A stretch of DNA of 64,000 nt from Chiloscyllium plagiosum (taxonomy: Eukaryota). Of the stretch, positions 24,948 to 38,500 are shown in pieces (positions within the stretch are counted from its first letter, which is position 1; each line of letters starts with the position of its first letter). The stretch is from NCBI RefSeq assembly GCF_004010195.1, contig NC_057720.1:6779366-6843365 (forward strand), written 5' to 3'. The notes below the pieces were generated by a model. That model was not told where the DNA came from. It worked only from the letters and a program-made list of their open reading frames with translations, and ran no database searches. Both the position numbers and the translations under genes were made by a program.

Positions 24948-25447
24948 NNNNNNNNNNNNNNNNNNNNNNNNNNNNNNNNNNNNNNNNNNNNNNNNNNNNN
25001 NNNNNNNNNNNNNNNNNNNNNNNNNNNNNNNNNNNNNNNNNNNNNNNNNNNNNNNNNNNNNNNNNNNNNNNNNNNNNNNNNNNNNNNNNNNNNNNNNNNN
25101 NNNNNNNNNNNNNNNNNNNNNNNNNNNNNNNNNNNNNNNNNNNNNNNNNNNNNNNNNNNNNNNNNNNNNNNNNNNNNNNNNNNNNNNNNNNNNNNNNNNN
25201 NNNNNNNNNNNNNNNNNNNNNNNNNNNNNNNNNNNNNNNNNNNNNNNNNNNNNNNNNNNNNNNNNNNNNNNNNNNNNNNNNNNNNNNNNNNNNNNNNNNN
25301 NNNNNNNNNNNNNNNNNNNNNNNNNNNNNNNNNNNNNNNNNNNNNNNNNNNNNNNNNNNNNNNNNNNNNNNNNNNNNNNNNNNNNNNNNNNNNNNNNNNN
25401 NNNNNNNNNNNNNNNNNNNNNNNNNNNNNNNNNNNNNNNNNNNNNNN
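24948..25447. other. Assembly gap (500 N)
   Basis: Run of N. Confidence 1.
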
Positions 25448-25999
25448 CTGCGCTTTTCCAGCAACACATTTCCAGTCCTGTTTCTGGATTAACAGTCCAA
25501 CGGTAATACCACTAGGTCATCACCTCCCCCATACAGAATCATCAGAACAAAATAGAAAAGAAAAATAAAGCTAAAGGTTAAATATTACAATAATTCTTAG
25601 CATTAAGTCGAAAAGTAAAGAAATAATGTGAAAAGTCAAACATTATGTCTCTTCACAGGTTCAGTCTCCCTCTCATACAGGAAGACCCTTGCTCCGACAG
25701 TACAGCATTTGGGTGAGGGACGTTAAGGTGTCCTCTTGAAGACACTTACTTTCTCCTGACCCCCTGCTGCTTGCTGTTGGATTACTGTCACACAATGTCT
25801 TAATTTTAAAGTTTTTGTCTGTGTTTTCAACTACTTCATGGACTTGTGCCCCCTATCTCTCTCCCTCTCCTCAGCCTTGCAGCCATCCTCAATATCTGTG
25901 TTTCTCTAGTTCCGGGCTATAGGGCATTCTCAATTTTAATTGCTGTGCTATCAATAAACCAGCTGCCTTCAGCTGTTGAAGTTCTAAGGCTTTTCCTTA

Positions 26000-26280
26000 G
26001 AGTAAAGGGAAGACGTTTTAGAACAAAGATAAGCAGAAACTTCTTCAGTCAGAGAGTGGTGAATCTATGGAATTCAGTGCCACAGAAGGCTGTGAAGGCC
26101 AGGTCATTGAGTATATTTAACACTGAGAGAGATAGGTTCTTGAGCATCCAGGGAATCAAGGGTTACAGGGAGAAAATGGGAGAATGGGGATGAGAAACTT
26201 ATCAGCCATGATTGAATGGCGGAGCAGACTTGATGGGCTGAATGGACTAATTCCTGCTCCTATGCCTTATGGTTCTATGG
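26000..26280 (+). mobile_element. CR1 3' fragment inside an L2-like 3' end
   Basis: FFSQRVVNLWNS. Confidence 0.75.
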
Positions 26281-26929
26281 TCAAAGTTTTGAAATTCTTC
26301 CCCTACTTTTCTCTCTCTCTTTTCCACACTCCTTCTTTTGGACTCTCTTTTCAAAATAAACTTTTGATTGAACTTGTGGTCTCGTTGACATATTTGTGGT
26401 TTGTTGCCATATGTTATTTTAAGGCTTCTGTGAAACACTTTAGGATACATTACGACATCAAAGGGGCTGTATAAATTTAGGACCGAGTTTTACAGTTATT
26501 TGGCTAAGTGCAAGTCATGTTGAGCTTGATGGAGTAATTCTCACTGTGAGGCTGAGTGGATTTTTTCACTGAATCTTACCAAACACACCTCATTAATTAC
26601 TGTTCCCACCTCTGATGGCAAGCATCCCATCCAATGTCCACCCCGTCCTACCACAAAACCATTCCAGGAACAACCTGTATTAGATTATGAGGCAGAGTGA
26701 ATAGACATTCAGCTGTCAATAACAGGACAGAATAATTATAAAGTGAAAGGCAGGAGGTTTAGAGGGGATTTTCATTCAAAGGGTAATAGGAGTTGGAATG
26801 CCTGGCCTGGGAGGATAGTTGAGATGGGAAACCTCACAACCATTAAAAAGTACTTGGACTAGCATTTGAAATGTCAGAACACTCCTGGCTATGGTCCTAA
26901 TAGGGGAAAGTGGGATGGGAGGAGGTGGT

Positions 26930-29450
26930 ATAAAGAACAGTACAGCACAGGAACAGGCCCTTTGGCCCACCAAGACCACACCAACCCATAATACCTTTCT
27001 AAACTAAAAGCCTTTCACGTCTATGCTGTCCATATCCCTCCATTCCCTGCCTATTCATATATCTGTCAAGATGTCTCTTAAACATTGCTGTTGTATCTGC
27101 TTCTTCCTCTTTCTCTGGAAGTACATTTCAAACAATTATTCTGTGTAAAAAAGCTGCCTCCCACAGCTCATTTACGTTTTCTTCCTTTTCATAAAGTCTC
27201 TATTGCGTGGAAACAGCCCTTCGGCCCAACAAGTCCACACTAGCCCTCTGAAGAGTGTCCCACCCAAACCCAATCCCCATTAGTCTACATTTATCCCTGA
27301 CTTCTGCACCTAACCTACACATCCCTGAACACTATGGGCAATTTAAGCATGGCCAATTCACCTGACCTGCACATCTTTGGATTGTGGGAGGAAACCAGAG
27401 CACCCGGAGGAAACCCATGCAGACATGGGGAGAAAGTGCAAACTCTACACATTTGCCTGATGCTGGAATCAAACCTGGTGCAACAGTATTAAAACTCAGC
27501 AACCATGCCACCCCATTATCTAAGCCTATACCTCCAATTAATTTATAGATCTGCCCCAGGAAAGGACTCTGCCAATTCATGTTTTTAACAATTTTGTAAA
27601 CTTCTATCTTCTACGCTTCAGCCTCTGACGCTCAGTGAAAACAAAATTAAGTTTGTCCAATCTCTCCTCATAGCTGATACCTTCCAAATCAGGCAACACC
27701 CTGGTAAACTGTTTCTGTAACTACTCCAAAGCCTCCACATGTGTCTGGAGGCTTGAACTGTACACAGTATTCCAAATGTGGCTGAACAAAAGTTATATAA
27801 AACTGCAACATGACTTGCCATTTTTTCTACTCTATGCTGTAACTGATGAAGGCAAGAATGTCATGTGCCTTCTCAACCACCTCACCCACTTATGTTGTCA
27901 TTTCCAGGGAACAGTGGACCTGTACAGCTCGATCCCTCTGATACTAAGAGTTCCTTCTAATTCTATAGTTCAATCTGACATTAGACATTCCAAAATACAT
28001 CATCTTGCAATCATCTGGATTAAACTCAATCTGCCATTCTTCTGTCCAAGGTCCAAAACTATCTATATGCTGCTGTATCCTCTGGCCATCCTCCTCACTA
28101 TTGACAGCTCCCCCAATTTTGTGTCATCCACAAACTTATTAATCAGGCCAACTACATTGTTCTCCAAATCACTTCCAAGTATTACAAACAACAGGGGTCC
28201 CAGTCTTGATCTCTGTGCTGTATTGTTCTTTATTCTTTACACTACACCCTCCCATCCCAATTTCCCGTACACAGATCTCCAGTCAGAAAAGCTGCTACTC
28301 TCTGTCTTCTATGACCAAGCCAGTTCTGTATCCACCATCTCACCATGGTTCCCACGTCACTTTACCTTCTGCTTCAGTCTGCCATGGGGGACCTTTCCAA
28401 AGGCCTTGCCAAAGTCACGATAATCCTGTGGCTTTTACATTTTTCCATGACCTGGCCACACATCTGTTCTGCTGCCTCCTGCTGGCTGCTAGAAGGCCTC
28501 TAGATGCGATCCCATTGAAGGGAATGTACCTGTCCTATTCCTGAGCTTTAGCAACACGGCCTCAAAGGATGAGCCCTCCAAGATGTCTTCTCTCAGTACA
28601 GCTGGGATACTCTCCTTAATGAGTAACACAAATCCCCCCATCTTTTATATCCCTCTCTATCTCACCTGAAACATCAAAATCCTGGAGAATTAAACTCCCA
28701 GTTTTGCCGCTCATTCACTAAGTCTCTGTAAAGGTTACAACATCATAGTTGTAAGTATTATTCCAAGCTCTAAGTTCATCCATTTTACCCTGCCATCCTC
28801 CTCACATTAAAACAGATACACTTCAGGCCTCAGTCCTGCTGTATTCAGAAACCTCTCCCTGCCTGTTCTTCCTCTCTGCTTTCCTGGCCTGCATCACTGA
28901 CTCCTCCCTCGGTCTTATTACTTGCTGACCTATTGCTGTGGTTCCCACCCTCTTACCACATCAGTCTAAACCCTCCAGAGTGGCACTGTCAAACCTGCCT
29001 GCCAGGATGCTGGCGCCTCTCCAGTTTAGGTGCAGCCCATCCTTCCTGTACTGAAGGCATCCAGAAGATATCTCAATAATCCACATATCTGAAGCCTTCC
29101 CTCAGAAACCAGTTCTTTAGCCATGCAGTTAACTGTACTATCTTCCTATTCCTAGCCTCACTGGCATAGGGAGTAATCCTGAGATTATAACTCTAGTCGT
29201 CCTGCTGGTCAACTTCCTGCCTAACTCCCTGAACTCTCTTTGCAGAACCTCAGCTCTCTGCCTATGTCACTCATGCCACTGTGTACAATGACACACTCGT
29301 CTTCTCTTTTGAGAACGTCCTGTGCCTGCTCAGAGACATTCTTGACATGAGGGAGGCAACACATCATCCTGGCATCTCTTATAGGGCCACAGAAATGCCT
29401 GCCTGTGCCCCTGACTATAGATTCCCATCTACACTTCCTGGAAGGCAACC
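26930..29450 (-). mobile_element. Degenerate CR1 LINE (RT remnants plus ORF1 SGNH-esterase remnant) with a nested HE1 SINE (27195-27513)
   Basis: Antisense RT signature ORF 27776-28423; minus ORF IVRGTGRHFCG..RMMCCLP..VIVHSG is the CR1 ORF1 esterase motif. Confidence 0.8.
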
Positions 29451-30084
29451 AACATAATCAAAGACCCCTCTCACCTGGTCTGATCGACCATGTAGTTGAC
29501 CCTCGACTGCCCTCTGGGCAATTAGGAACAGGCAATAAATGCTGGCCTGGCCAGTGACACCCTCATCCTATGAATGAATTTTAAAACAACTCTCTTTGCT
29601 ACTCCCACCAGGGCTTGAGCTCTAACATTCTCACTGCTGCATACAACATTTTCTTTCGCCTGCTGTCACCCACCTCAAACCCTGACACCAATAACCCTGC
29701 ATGACCTCGGTGCTGCTTTTTCACTCACTCAGGACACCTGTCCACCTGTACCAACAGTAATAGAGTGCCAACTACTTTCATCACCATTAATACCTGCCCT
29801 TGGCTTCTTTCTCTTTGTTTGAGTCAGTTCATGGTTCTTTGGAGCTGGATCGACCTTTTCTCTCATGTATTACTTCTGCCAATGATTATTTCTGACACAA
29901 CCCTTGCACAATTGATTGTAAGCTGGACATTTTCTTGGCACATGCAGAAGGGAAGATTTGCTATGTCTTGCTATGTTTGGGCATTCTACTGAATGTTTCA
30001 ATCATTGAGATTGTACTTAAGACCTGGAAGCTTTACTAACGTGAGAGGTTCACTTTGACCCATCCATCAGTAACTCTTCAATAC

Positions 30085-30525
30085 TAGAGTCATAGTCATA
30101 GAGGTGTACAGCATGGAAACAGACCCTTCGGTCCAACCTGTCCATGCTGACCAGATATCCCAACCTAATCTAGTCCCACCTGCCAGCACCCGGCCCATAT
30201 CCCTCCAAACCCTTCCTATTCATATACCCATCCAAATGCCTCTTAAATGTTGCAATTGTACCAGCCTCCACCACATCCTCTGGCAGCTCATTCCATACAC
30301 ATATCCCCTCTGCATGAAAAAGTTGCCCCTGTGGTCTCTTTTATATCTTTCCCCTCTCACCCTAAACATATGCCCTCTAGTTCTGGACTCCCCCACCCCA
30401 GGGAAAAGACTTTGTCTCTTTATCCTATCCATACCCCTCATGATTTTGTAAACCTCTGTAAGGTCAACAGCTCAGCCTCTGATTCTCCAAGGAAAACAGC
30501 CCAGCTCTTGAACATTTTCTCATAA
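30085..30525 (-). mobile_element. CR1/HER1 LINE 3' end
   Basis: MRGMDRIKRQSLFPGVGESRTRGH. Confidence 0.9.
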
Positions 30526-31944
30526 ACTTCCAGGGAATAATGTAGTCACAAACACAACAATCCTGTTTGCTAGTTTTCCATTAAAAAACACAGATGAGCA
30601 CTTTCCTGTGCATCTGCTCACAAGGTGGTCTATGTATTCTGTAAGTATCTGTATAAATTACACAAATCCTAGTCCAATTTAGTATGTTAAATCTGTGTAA
30701 CTTTTTTTCCCAATTGACAGGCTAATCTTAATGACTTGCCTTTCTGCATTGGACACATTCAAATCTAGGATTGACAGCTCTGAAGCTGTTTAAACATTTT
30801 GAATTCTGTGAGGAGGTCTGCTGTGTCCCAAGTTGAACTAGGAGATTTGTAGATATTCTGGTAATATAATGTTGAAATCCCATTGCTTACTATAAGTCAG
30901 CACACTCCTTGATTTCTCCTGTTGTTTCCTTTTAAATGTTTTGCACTTGGAAAAAATGCCATATGCCTAAATTTCAGAAACACTTAAGCTTCTTCAATGT
31001 CCAAAGACAGATACAATACGAGTCGTGAATCTGTTTTCCCAGACTGTTTAGCATCTTCTCCGAGTAACAGAGGACCACTCTCTCAGAGGACAGAGATGAC
31101 TGGTGGTGGTTTAACTCAAAGGTCACCATGCCTCAGGTAAGAAGCAAGATTGAGTAGGAAAGCCCTTCACAGTAATTTTGGCTGATGTAGGAATTGAACC
31201 CAGGCTGTTAGCATTAGTCTGTGTTTTAAAATCAGTGATCCAGCTGACTGAGCTAAGCAGCATCTAGCATAACTACATGGTTTTTAGTCTCACTTTAACT
31301 TGGGGTAAAATAGTGGATTTGCATTTTTTTTCATTTTCAAGATGCCGTACATGGATTTTAAGACTCCCCATACAAATAATTTTCCTGGTTTGACTGGTCT
31401 GGTTTAATCTTTACAATAGCCTGTTTGCAACTCAAATTCAGCTCCATTGATGTTCCAGCTTGCATGCAATTTAACATTTTTGGTCCATGCTTGCTGTTTT
31501 CAGAAAGGAATTATTTTTCACTGCACTGCGGTGTTTTATTTTTGCAGTTTCTATTTGGACATTTCATGGATCCTGGCTGTTTCAAAGCATTAAACAGCAA
31601 TTTCCGCTGTTGGCACCATGTCACATAAATGATGTCGATGTAATTATCAGTCACTCGTCACTCTGTGAGTTTGTTTATTTTAAAACAGCAAAGCACATTC
31701 TAAGCTATGAAACAGATATTACACAAGTGTGGTTAGAGACAAAAAAAACCTGCAGATGCTGGAATCCAAAGTAGACAAACAGGAGGCTGGAAGAAGCCAC
31801 GCAGTGTCAGGATTTGGAGAAGTCAACGTTTTGTGTCAAGACCATTCATCACGACTGGGACTTAAAATGTCAACTTCTGCTCCTGGTGCTGCCTGGCTTG
31901 CTGTGTTCTTCCAGCCTCCAGTCTGTCGACTATTTCAGAAGTGT

Positions 31945-32147
31945 AGGTGAAAGTGAGGACTGCAGATGCTGGAGATTAGAGTCAAGAGTGTGGTGCTGGA
32001 AAAGCACAGCAGGTCAGGCAGCATCTGAGGAACAGGAAAATCGACATTTCAGATTAAAGCACGTCATCAGGAAGGGATTTTTTCTGAAACATCGATTTTC
32101 ATGCTCCTCAGATACTGCCTGACCTGCTGTGCTTTTCCAGCACCACA
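31945..32147. mobile_element. Fold-back Penelope family A mini-element
   Basis: Inverted arms; imperfect TSD ctatttcagaagtgt / ctattacagaaatgt. Confidence 0.75.
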
Positions 32148-33273
32148 CTATTACAGAAATGTGACTGTTCTCTATGTTGCAGCTTGCATACTCCAGTCAG
32201 ACTGAATGGTAAGCAGAGTCTAAACATTGTAAACACAGAGAAAATACAGTCAGAGTCACAGAACTGTATAGCACAGAAACAGACCCTTTAGGCCAACTCG
32301 TCCAAGCCGACCAGATATCTTGAATTAATCTAGTTCCATTTGCCAACATTTGACCCACATCCCTCAAGTCCAAAGATGTGCAGGTTAGGTCAATTGGCCA
32401 TGCTAAATTTCCCATAGTGTTAGGGGCATTAGTCAGAGGGAGATGGGTCTGGGTGAACTACTCTTCGGAGGGTCTGTGTGGACTGGTTGGGCCAAAGGGC
32501 CTGTTTCCACACTGTAGGGAATCTAATCTAATCTAATCTAAAATCCCTTCCTATTCATTAACCCATCTAGATGCCTTTTAAATGTTGTAATTGCATCAGC
32601 CTCCAACACTTCAAAGATTCATAAAGGCAGAGTACATCATAACCACATGCTGCTAGGGTGTGATCATGTGATCTTTATTTCTTTTGCTTTCTGCGGTCTC
32701 TTTTTCTTGATACTCTCATGAGTAGGAACATTTTTCTCTATATCTTCTATCCAGATTCCTCATAATTTTGACTACATCAATCAAATGTCCTCTCAAGCTT
32801 TAGTTGCCCAAGAAAAACACCCTGACTTCTCCAATCTATCTTCATATCTGAAATTCCTCATGCCTGGAACTGTTCTTAATCATCCTAAAATTGGTACTAA
32901 CATAAATTGCTCAGAGAGCCAGTGCAGATATGATGGACTGGTTGGTTTCCTTCTGCAGTGTAACAAGTCTGTGATTTGTTGCTACACTGTCCTCAATTCC
33001 TTCACAGCTTCTCAAAATGTGACGCCAGGTGCTTCTTTGAGTAAGAAACACAGCCCAAGAATGTGTCCTTTTCTCATGCAGTCTTCAGCTCTTCACCTCA
33101 TTAATGAGGCAACCAGGCATTTGGGTGTTCGCTCATGGAGTCGCTTAGCAGGAGAGTTGGACCTGCTGCCGACGATCACACCGCTGGTGTCATGTTTAAA
33201 TCCCAACATTTCAGACACTGCAAATCAGAAACAGTTCTTCACACTGTGGTCTTGCATTGCTATCCCTAAAGAA

Positions 33274-33502
33274 ATGGCCCAGAGAGGAAGATTAGCTCCT
33301 CACTTCACTGGCAGAGACCTGGAGGTCCTAGTAGATGGGGAGACTAGGGAGGAAGATAGTGCTAGACTGTGCTGACCAGCAAAGGAGGCCAGATTCAGCC
33401 AGGCTAGGCTAATAGTCCCTTGGTCATTGCAGTGCCCTGGGTGAAGAGGGACACCCAAATGGGCAGGGTGAAGATCAATGATATTCTATGCCCACCACGT
33501 TA
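33274..33502 (+). pseudogene. Degenerate Myb/SANT-like (Harbinger-associated, NAIF1/MSANTD-type) DNA-binding domain remnant
   Basis: MAQRGRLAPHFTGRDLEVLVDG, then frameshifted RKIVL..VIAVPWVKRD..RVKINDIL, resembling RAPRF..ELEVLV..V.AV..R..KK.ND. Confidence 0.55.
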
Positions 33503-33611
33503 GGTGCCACCATCTTCCCTCTACTGTCTCACACTCACAGGACCCTCACTCACTCAAACTCTGTCACGATACACACAGTTCATCAAGGCACATGGATGAC
33601 AAGTCTCACTA

Positions 33612-34070
33612 TTTTACCAGGATGCTGCCTGGACTGGAGGCCATGTCTTTTGAAGGAAGGTGAGGGAGTAAGGGCTTTGTTCATTGGAGCAAAGAAGGAA
33701 GAGAGGTGACTTGATAGGGGTATACAAGATGATGAGAGGCATAGACAGAGTGGACAGCCAGAGACCTTTTCCCAGGGCGAAATGGCTATCCCGAGGAGGC
33801 ATAAATTTAAGGTGATTAGAGGAAGGTTTAGGGGAGACCTCAGAGGTAGGTTCTTTACACAGAGAGTGGTGGGTGTGTGGAATGCACTGCCAGCAATGGT
33901 AGTAGAGTCAGAGACATTAGGGACGTTTCAGCGACACTTGGACAGGCGCATGGATGATAGTAAAATGAAGGCTATGTAGGTTAGTTTTATCTTAAAGTAA
34001 GATAAAAGGTTGGCACAGCATGGAGGGCTGAAGGGTCTGTACTGTGCTGCACTATTCTATGTTCTATGTT
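33612..34070 (+). mobile_element. CR1 LINE 3' fragment
   Basis: FTRMLPGLE..RFFTQRVVGVWNALP; ttctatgttctatg tail. Confidence 0.9.
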
Positions 34071-35659
34071 CTTTTGCATGATTCATATCTGTTCAATGGC
34101 TCCCATTCACCTTTCCTTCCCAAATTGCTAGCAGCTTTTCCATCGGCGGTCCTACTCATTCACTGGGGACACCTCGCCATCCTTCCTGCTCCTGCGATAG
34201 CATTAAGGTTAAGGTTAGCATCATCACCAACTGCTCTTCCACCCATTCCCATCATACTCAGTCCCTGCCTTTGGACCAGTGTCTTGATAGTATCCCCATT
34301 GACCTGGCTTTCATCACCAGTCAGATGCACTTGAACTGCAGCACTGACTGTGCCCTAATCCCTGCTCTGTGAAGGCACAGATCCCCAGGATCTGGTAGAA
34401 GCTGACTGACTAACCCATTGGATTGCCAACAGACAGCATTTTGAAATAACAATCCTTATCTTTGTTTTTTGCTTTCAAGTATTGTGGATGCTGGCAATCT
34501 GAAACAAAAAACAGACGTTGCTGGAGAAACTCTGGCAGTATCAGTGGGAAGAAAGCAGAGTTAGCATTCTGGGTCTAATGAATCTCCGTCAGAATGGTTA
34601 GCTGAGTTTCTCCAGCGATTTCTGTTTCTGTGACTAGAAGGATGTGCTTGTTTGGTACTGAAGAGAAATCTAATTGTTTCCCATTAACCGCTGAGTGTAT
34701 TGTGCTTATTTGGATTGTTCAGAAGGGTAAAAATTTATATTTTCAAATTACAAACTAAATGCATGAAGAAGCTTTGCATCTTAACTTAACAAGTTTTGTT
34801 TTATAATTTATCAGTAATTTGGTGCTTATGGAAGCTGGTTAATGGATAATTTTTTAGTTTAAGTCTAATTTAGAGAAAGCACATGAGCGATCATTTCAAG
34901 GTTAAAAAAAAGAATATATTTATTAAATTTAATTATTTAAAGTTATAATTGTGAGCAAGGAGCAATAGCACTAGAAAAAGGCAGCAGTCTCCTCTCACCC
35001 CTGATATAACAACATCACTGAAGAGTTTCCTCTGCCCCAGTTTCGATGCTGCACACTCAGTTTGTGAAATAACATTTTAACTTGGAAAGCTTTCAAATGT
35101 GACTCCTTATTTAAAGTAAACTCTCTGGAGACCGAATTAAGGTTAAGTTTACAATCTGTTTGAGCAAAGTCTAGAAATAATGAAACAGAGTAAATGAAAG
35201 GAGGGAAAAGATTCAGGGGGAAAACTCACCAGTGGCTTGATCCTAACTTGATGACCCTCCTTGAACACTGATGGTAACTCACTTCATTCCTTGTTCCCAC
35301 TAAAAGGGAGGGAGGCAGGGGGAAGGGGGCCAGTACAGAAGTGGGAAGCAGCGTCTAACAGTGTTATGGATTGTGGAACCTCTGTATTAAGGCTCAACAC
35401 AACTTGTGCTTAAACCTCCACCATCATTAATGCTCCTTTTTAGTGCATTTCAGCTAATTAGCAGCAATTCCAGGTCACCGTCAGTAGCCGGAGGTTGTGC
35501 AAGTCCATTGTCAGCAGGGATCACCAGGATGTGAATCACAGTGAGATTTAGTCTTCCAGTCTCAGCCTCTCCTTCACCACCAACAATTACCCTCTCCCCC
35601 ACTCAGCAACCAAACACCCAACCGGTGGTACTATAATCAAGTGTACTGTCCTGGCTAAT

Positions 35660-35956
35660 TTAGAATAGTGTGGAACCAGGCCCTTTGGCCCAATGAGTCC
35701 ACACCGCTGAAGGATCTCCCACCCAATCCCATTACTCTATATTTACCCCTGACAAATGCACCTAAGCTAGACATCCCTGAACACTATGGGGCAATTTAGC
35801 CTGGCCAATTCGCCTAACCTGCACATCTTTGGACTGTGGGAGGAAACCGGAGCACCCGGAGGAACGCCACGCAGTCACTCGAGGCTGGAATCGAACCTGG
35901 ATCCTTGGCACTGTGAGGCAGTAGTGCTTGCTAACCACTGAGCCATTGTGCGGCCC
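35660..35956 (-). mobile_element. HE1-like V-SINE
   Basis: Reverse complement of the 5527-5870 family. Confidence 0.85.
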
Positions 35957-36296
35957 TAAATAATATTTTAAAAAATACTAAAATTAAAGTCACCACAGTC
36001 TCAGAGAACCACAGGACTGCTCTCTCATTAGACAGGGACAGCTGATGGTCCTGAGGAAGGGCTTCTGCCAGAAACGTCAATTTTCCTGCTCCTTGGATGC
36101 TGCCTGACTTGCTGTGCTTTTCCAGCACCACTCTAATCTAGAGACTGATGGTGGTTTAACCTGAGGGTATCACACCTCAGGCAAGGGGAAAGGTTGAGAA
36201 GGAGAGTCCTCAGCTAATGCAGGAATTGAACCCACACCGTTAGGTTCTATTCTGCATTGCTAAGTAGCCAACCAGCCAACTGAAACATGCACAACC

Positions 36297-36521
36297 TGAA
36301 ACAACAGCACAGAGGCCAGTATCCCATCACCAAGTCACCCTTTATTTACACATGCACAGTACACAGGCTGTGGCCAGCCAGATTGGAGTCAGCCCGTGAA
36401 GTGAAGAGATTCTGAATTTCCTGTTTATATCTGTCAGCCAGGGCTCCCTGATTGGCCCAGGTTAACCAGCCCAAGCAAGAATCTCACAGTCAATAAGGTC
36501 CACCTGGTTCCAATCACTACA
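36297..36521 (-). mobile_element. Uninterrupted 225-bp solo LTR-like element (empty Tx1 target)
   Basis: Minus strand: TGtagtgattgg...gggccaatcaggg...gatataaacagg...gtaaataaagggtgacttgg...gtttCA. Confidence 0.8.
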
Positions 36522-36629
36522 GGACCAAATGTAACCATCACATATGTAGAATGATATAATGGACAGGTTAATTACACAGGAATTGTTAAAAGAAAAAAAA
36601 ATAATTTAAATTTATACAGAAAATGAAAG

Positions 36630-36725
36630 AAGAAATCTTGCATTTATGTAGAACCTTCCAAAACCCCTGAACCACTTTACAGCCAATGAAGGACTTCTGC
36701 AGTATAGTGACTGCTGTATTATCGG
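36630..36725 (-). mobile_element. Deu/SacSINE-like SINE tail remnant
   Basis: Minus cttcattggctgtaaagtg..ataaatgcaag; similar remnants at ~9970-10050 and ~59010-59250. Confidence 0.45.
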
Positions 36726-38039
36726 AAATGTTGTTGGACAGTTTGTGCTTGTTGGTGTTCTCTGCAACGGTTAGCGTATCCTGTTCCGGCAGAGCATACA
36801 AACAGAACCACAGCAAAACTCTCCATCGAGGCAAACCGAAGGCACCTCCAGTTTCCAAAGTGACCCATTAGCCACAAAGAAACTGAGGATGGGGCAGGCG
36901 TGACATGAATGCGAGTTCTCAGCAGTCCGACCACTGTTGAGTGGCACTGTCAGTTCCCAAAGCATAATCTTCAGAGCCTCATTAAGTAAGACAAGCAGCG
37001 TCGCAATGAATTATGGGCAGCGTTTATTTTTCTCTTTTTCCATGGACTCATTGCCATGAGGAGTTGAGTCTGCCCTGACTAATTTCACATCATACCTTTG
37101 CAGCCAGCAGAGGAATAAAATGCATCATTCTTCACTGAAATCTATCTTAATCAGTATCACAGAAGAACTAATGAAGGAAGTAGAATTACTTTTACTCAGT
37201 GAGACAGGTAATGCAAGCCACAGTCAAAGGGTTAGCTTGCTCTGTCACAAATCAGGACAGTAATGAACTCTCTCTGATGTGAGATGAAGTTTGAGGAATT
37301 ACGTGTTAAAGTGGCTGCATTGAAAACTAATTGCTCAGCCTCACTGACACAGCTTAATAAAAACATCGTTTTGTATTTTTTTTGCAAAAGTGAGAGATCA
37401 ACAGTAGCCTTAGAAACATCTAAATGTGTTAGAAAATTTGTTCCTTCACAGTTCATTACCTGAAGAATCCAGCTCATCACAGAATATTACCAATTCAGCT
37501 TGTCAACTGTGATCTGGTGTGCAGCAATGTTTGCTGTCTATTGTGAAAGGTCTGAAAGTTTGCTCTCTGATATTGTTAACAAGCATAAAACCACTCTCAC
37601 TTACGATTTCGCCAGATCACTGTTTGTATTCATGGTGTCAGCTCTCTTCCCGCTTGAGTTGCTGTCTCCGCTGTAACTCAGGGCTCAGCCTATCTCATTG
37701 ATCCACTGAGGATCGGTCCTAATCGAATAAAACAAAGAACTGCATGTGCTGGAGATCGCAAACAAAAACAGAAATTGCTGGAGGGATTCAGCACGTCTGT
37801 TCTCTCTCCCTCTGTGGAGAGAAAGCAGAGTTAATGTAGAGTCACACTGGATTCAGAATGTTAACTATGTGTCTCTCTGCAGATGATGCCAGACCTGCTG
37901 ACTTGCCCCAGCAATTTGTTTTTGTATCTGGCCACTAACTTGACTCCATGAAGTCTCATGGTTTCAGGTTAAGCATCGGCAAGAAAACCTCTTCATGCCA
38001 TCTTCCCTTGGCTGATGATTCAGTACTCCAATATGTTAA

Positions 38040-38500
38040 ACAACAGTTAGGGGAAGCACTGAGAGTGGTAAGAGTGCAAAATGTAGCCTTGAGTGGTTAG
38101 GTCCTAAAGGACATGGCTGCTAGACTGGGTGGTGAGGGAACAGACAAGAGGGAAAAACATACTACACCTCATCCTTGCCAATCTGCCAGCTGCAAAATGC
38201 ATCTGTCCATGACAGCATCGGTAAGAGTGACTACCACACAGTCCTTGTGGAAGTAAAGTCTCATTTTCACACTGATGATACCCTCCATTGTGTTGTATGG
38301 CACTATTGCTATGTTAAATGGGACAGACTTCGAACAGATCTAACAGCTCAAGACTGAGCATCCACTGTGGACCATCAACAGCAACAGATCCAATACAATC
38401 TGTAAGCTCATGGCCCGGTATATCCCCCACTCAACCATTACCATCAACCCAGGAGGTCAACTCTGGTTCAAAGGACAGTGCAAGAGGGTGTGTCAGGAGC
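38040..38500 (+). mobile_element. CR1/L2-group LINE, endonuclease-end remnant
   Basis: HDSIGKSDYHTVLV..VVWHY..KWDRLRTDL (APE SDH motif region). Confidence 0.65.

Noticed and set aside
24866..25506. Long ORFs of ~180-208 aa
   Set aside because: Artefacts of translating the N gap; the same applies to 44684-45292.
27776..28423. 215-aa plus-strand ORF (also 52135-52749)
   Set aside because: Antisense reading of CR1 reverse-transcriptase sequence.
32785..33375. 196-aa ORF as a host gene
   Set aside because: Starts inside CR1 debris and runs through unrelated pieces; only the last ~30 codons resemble a domain, and that domain is frameshifted.
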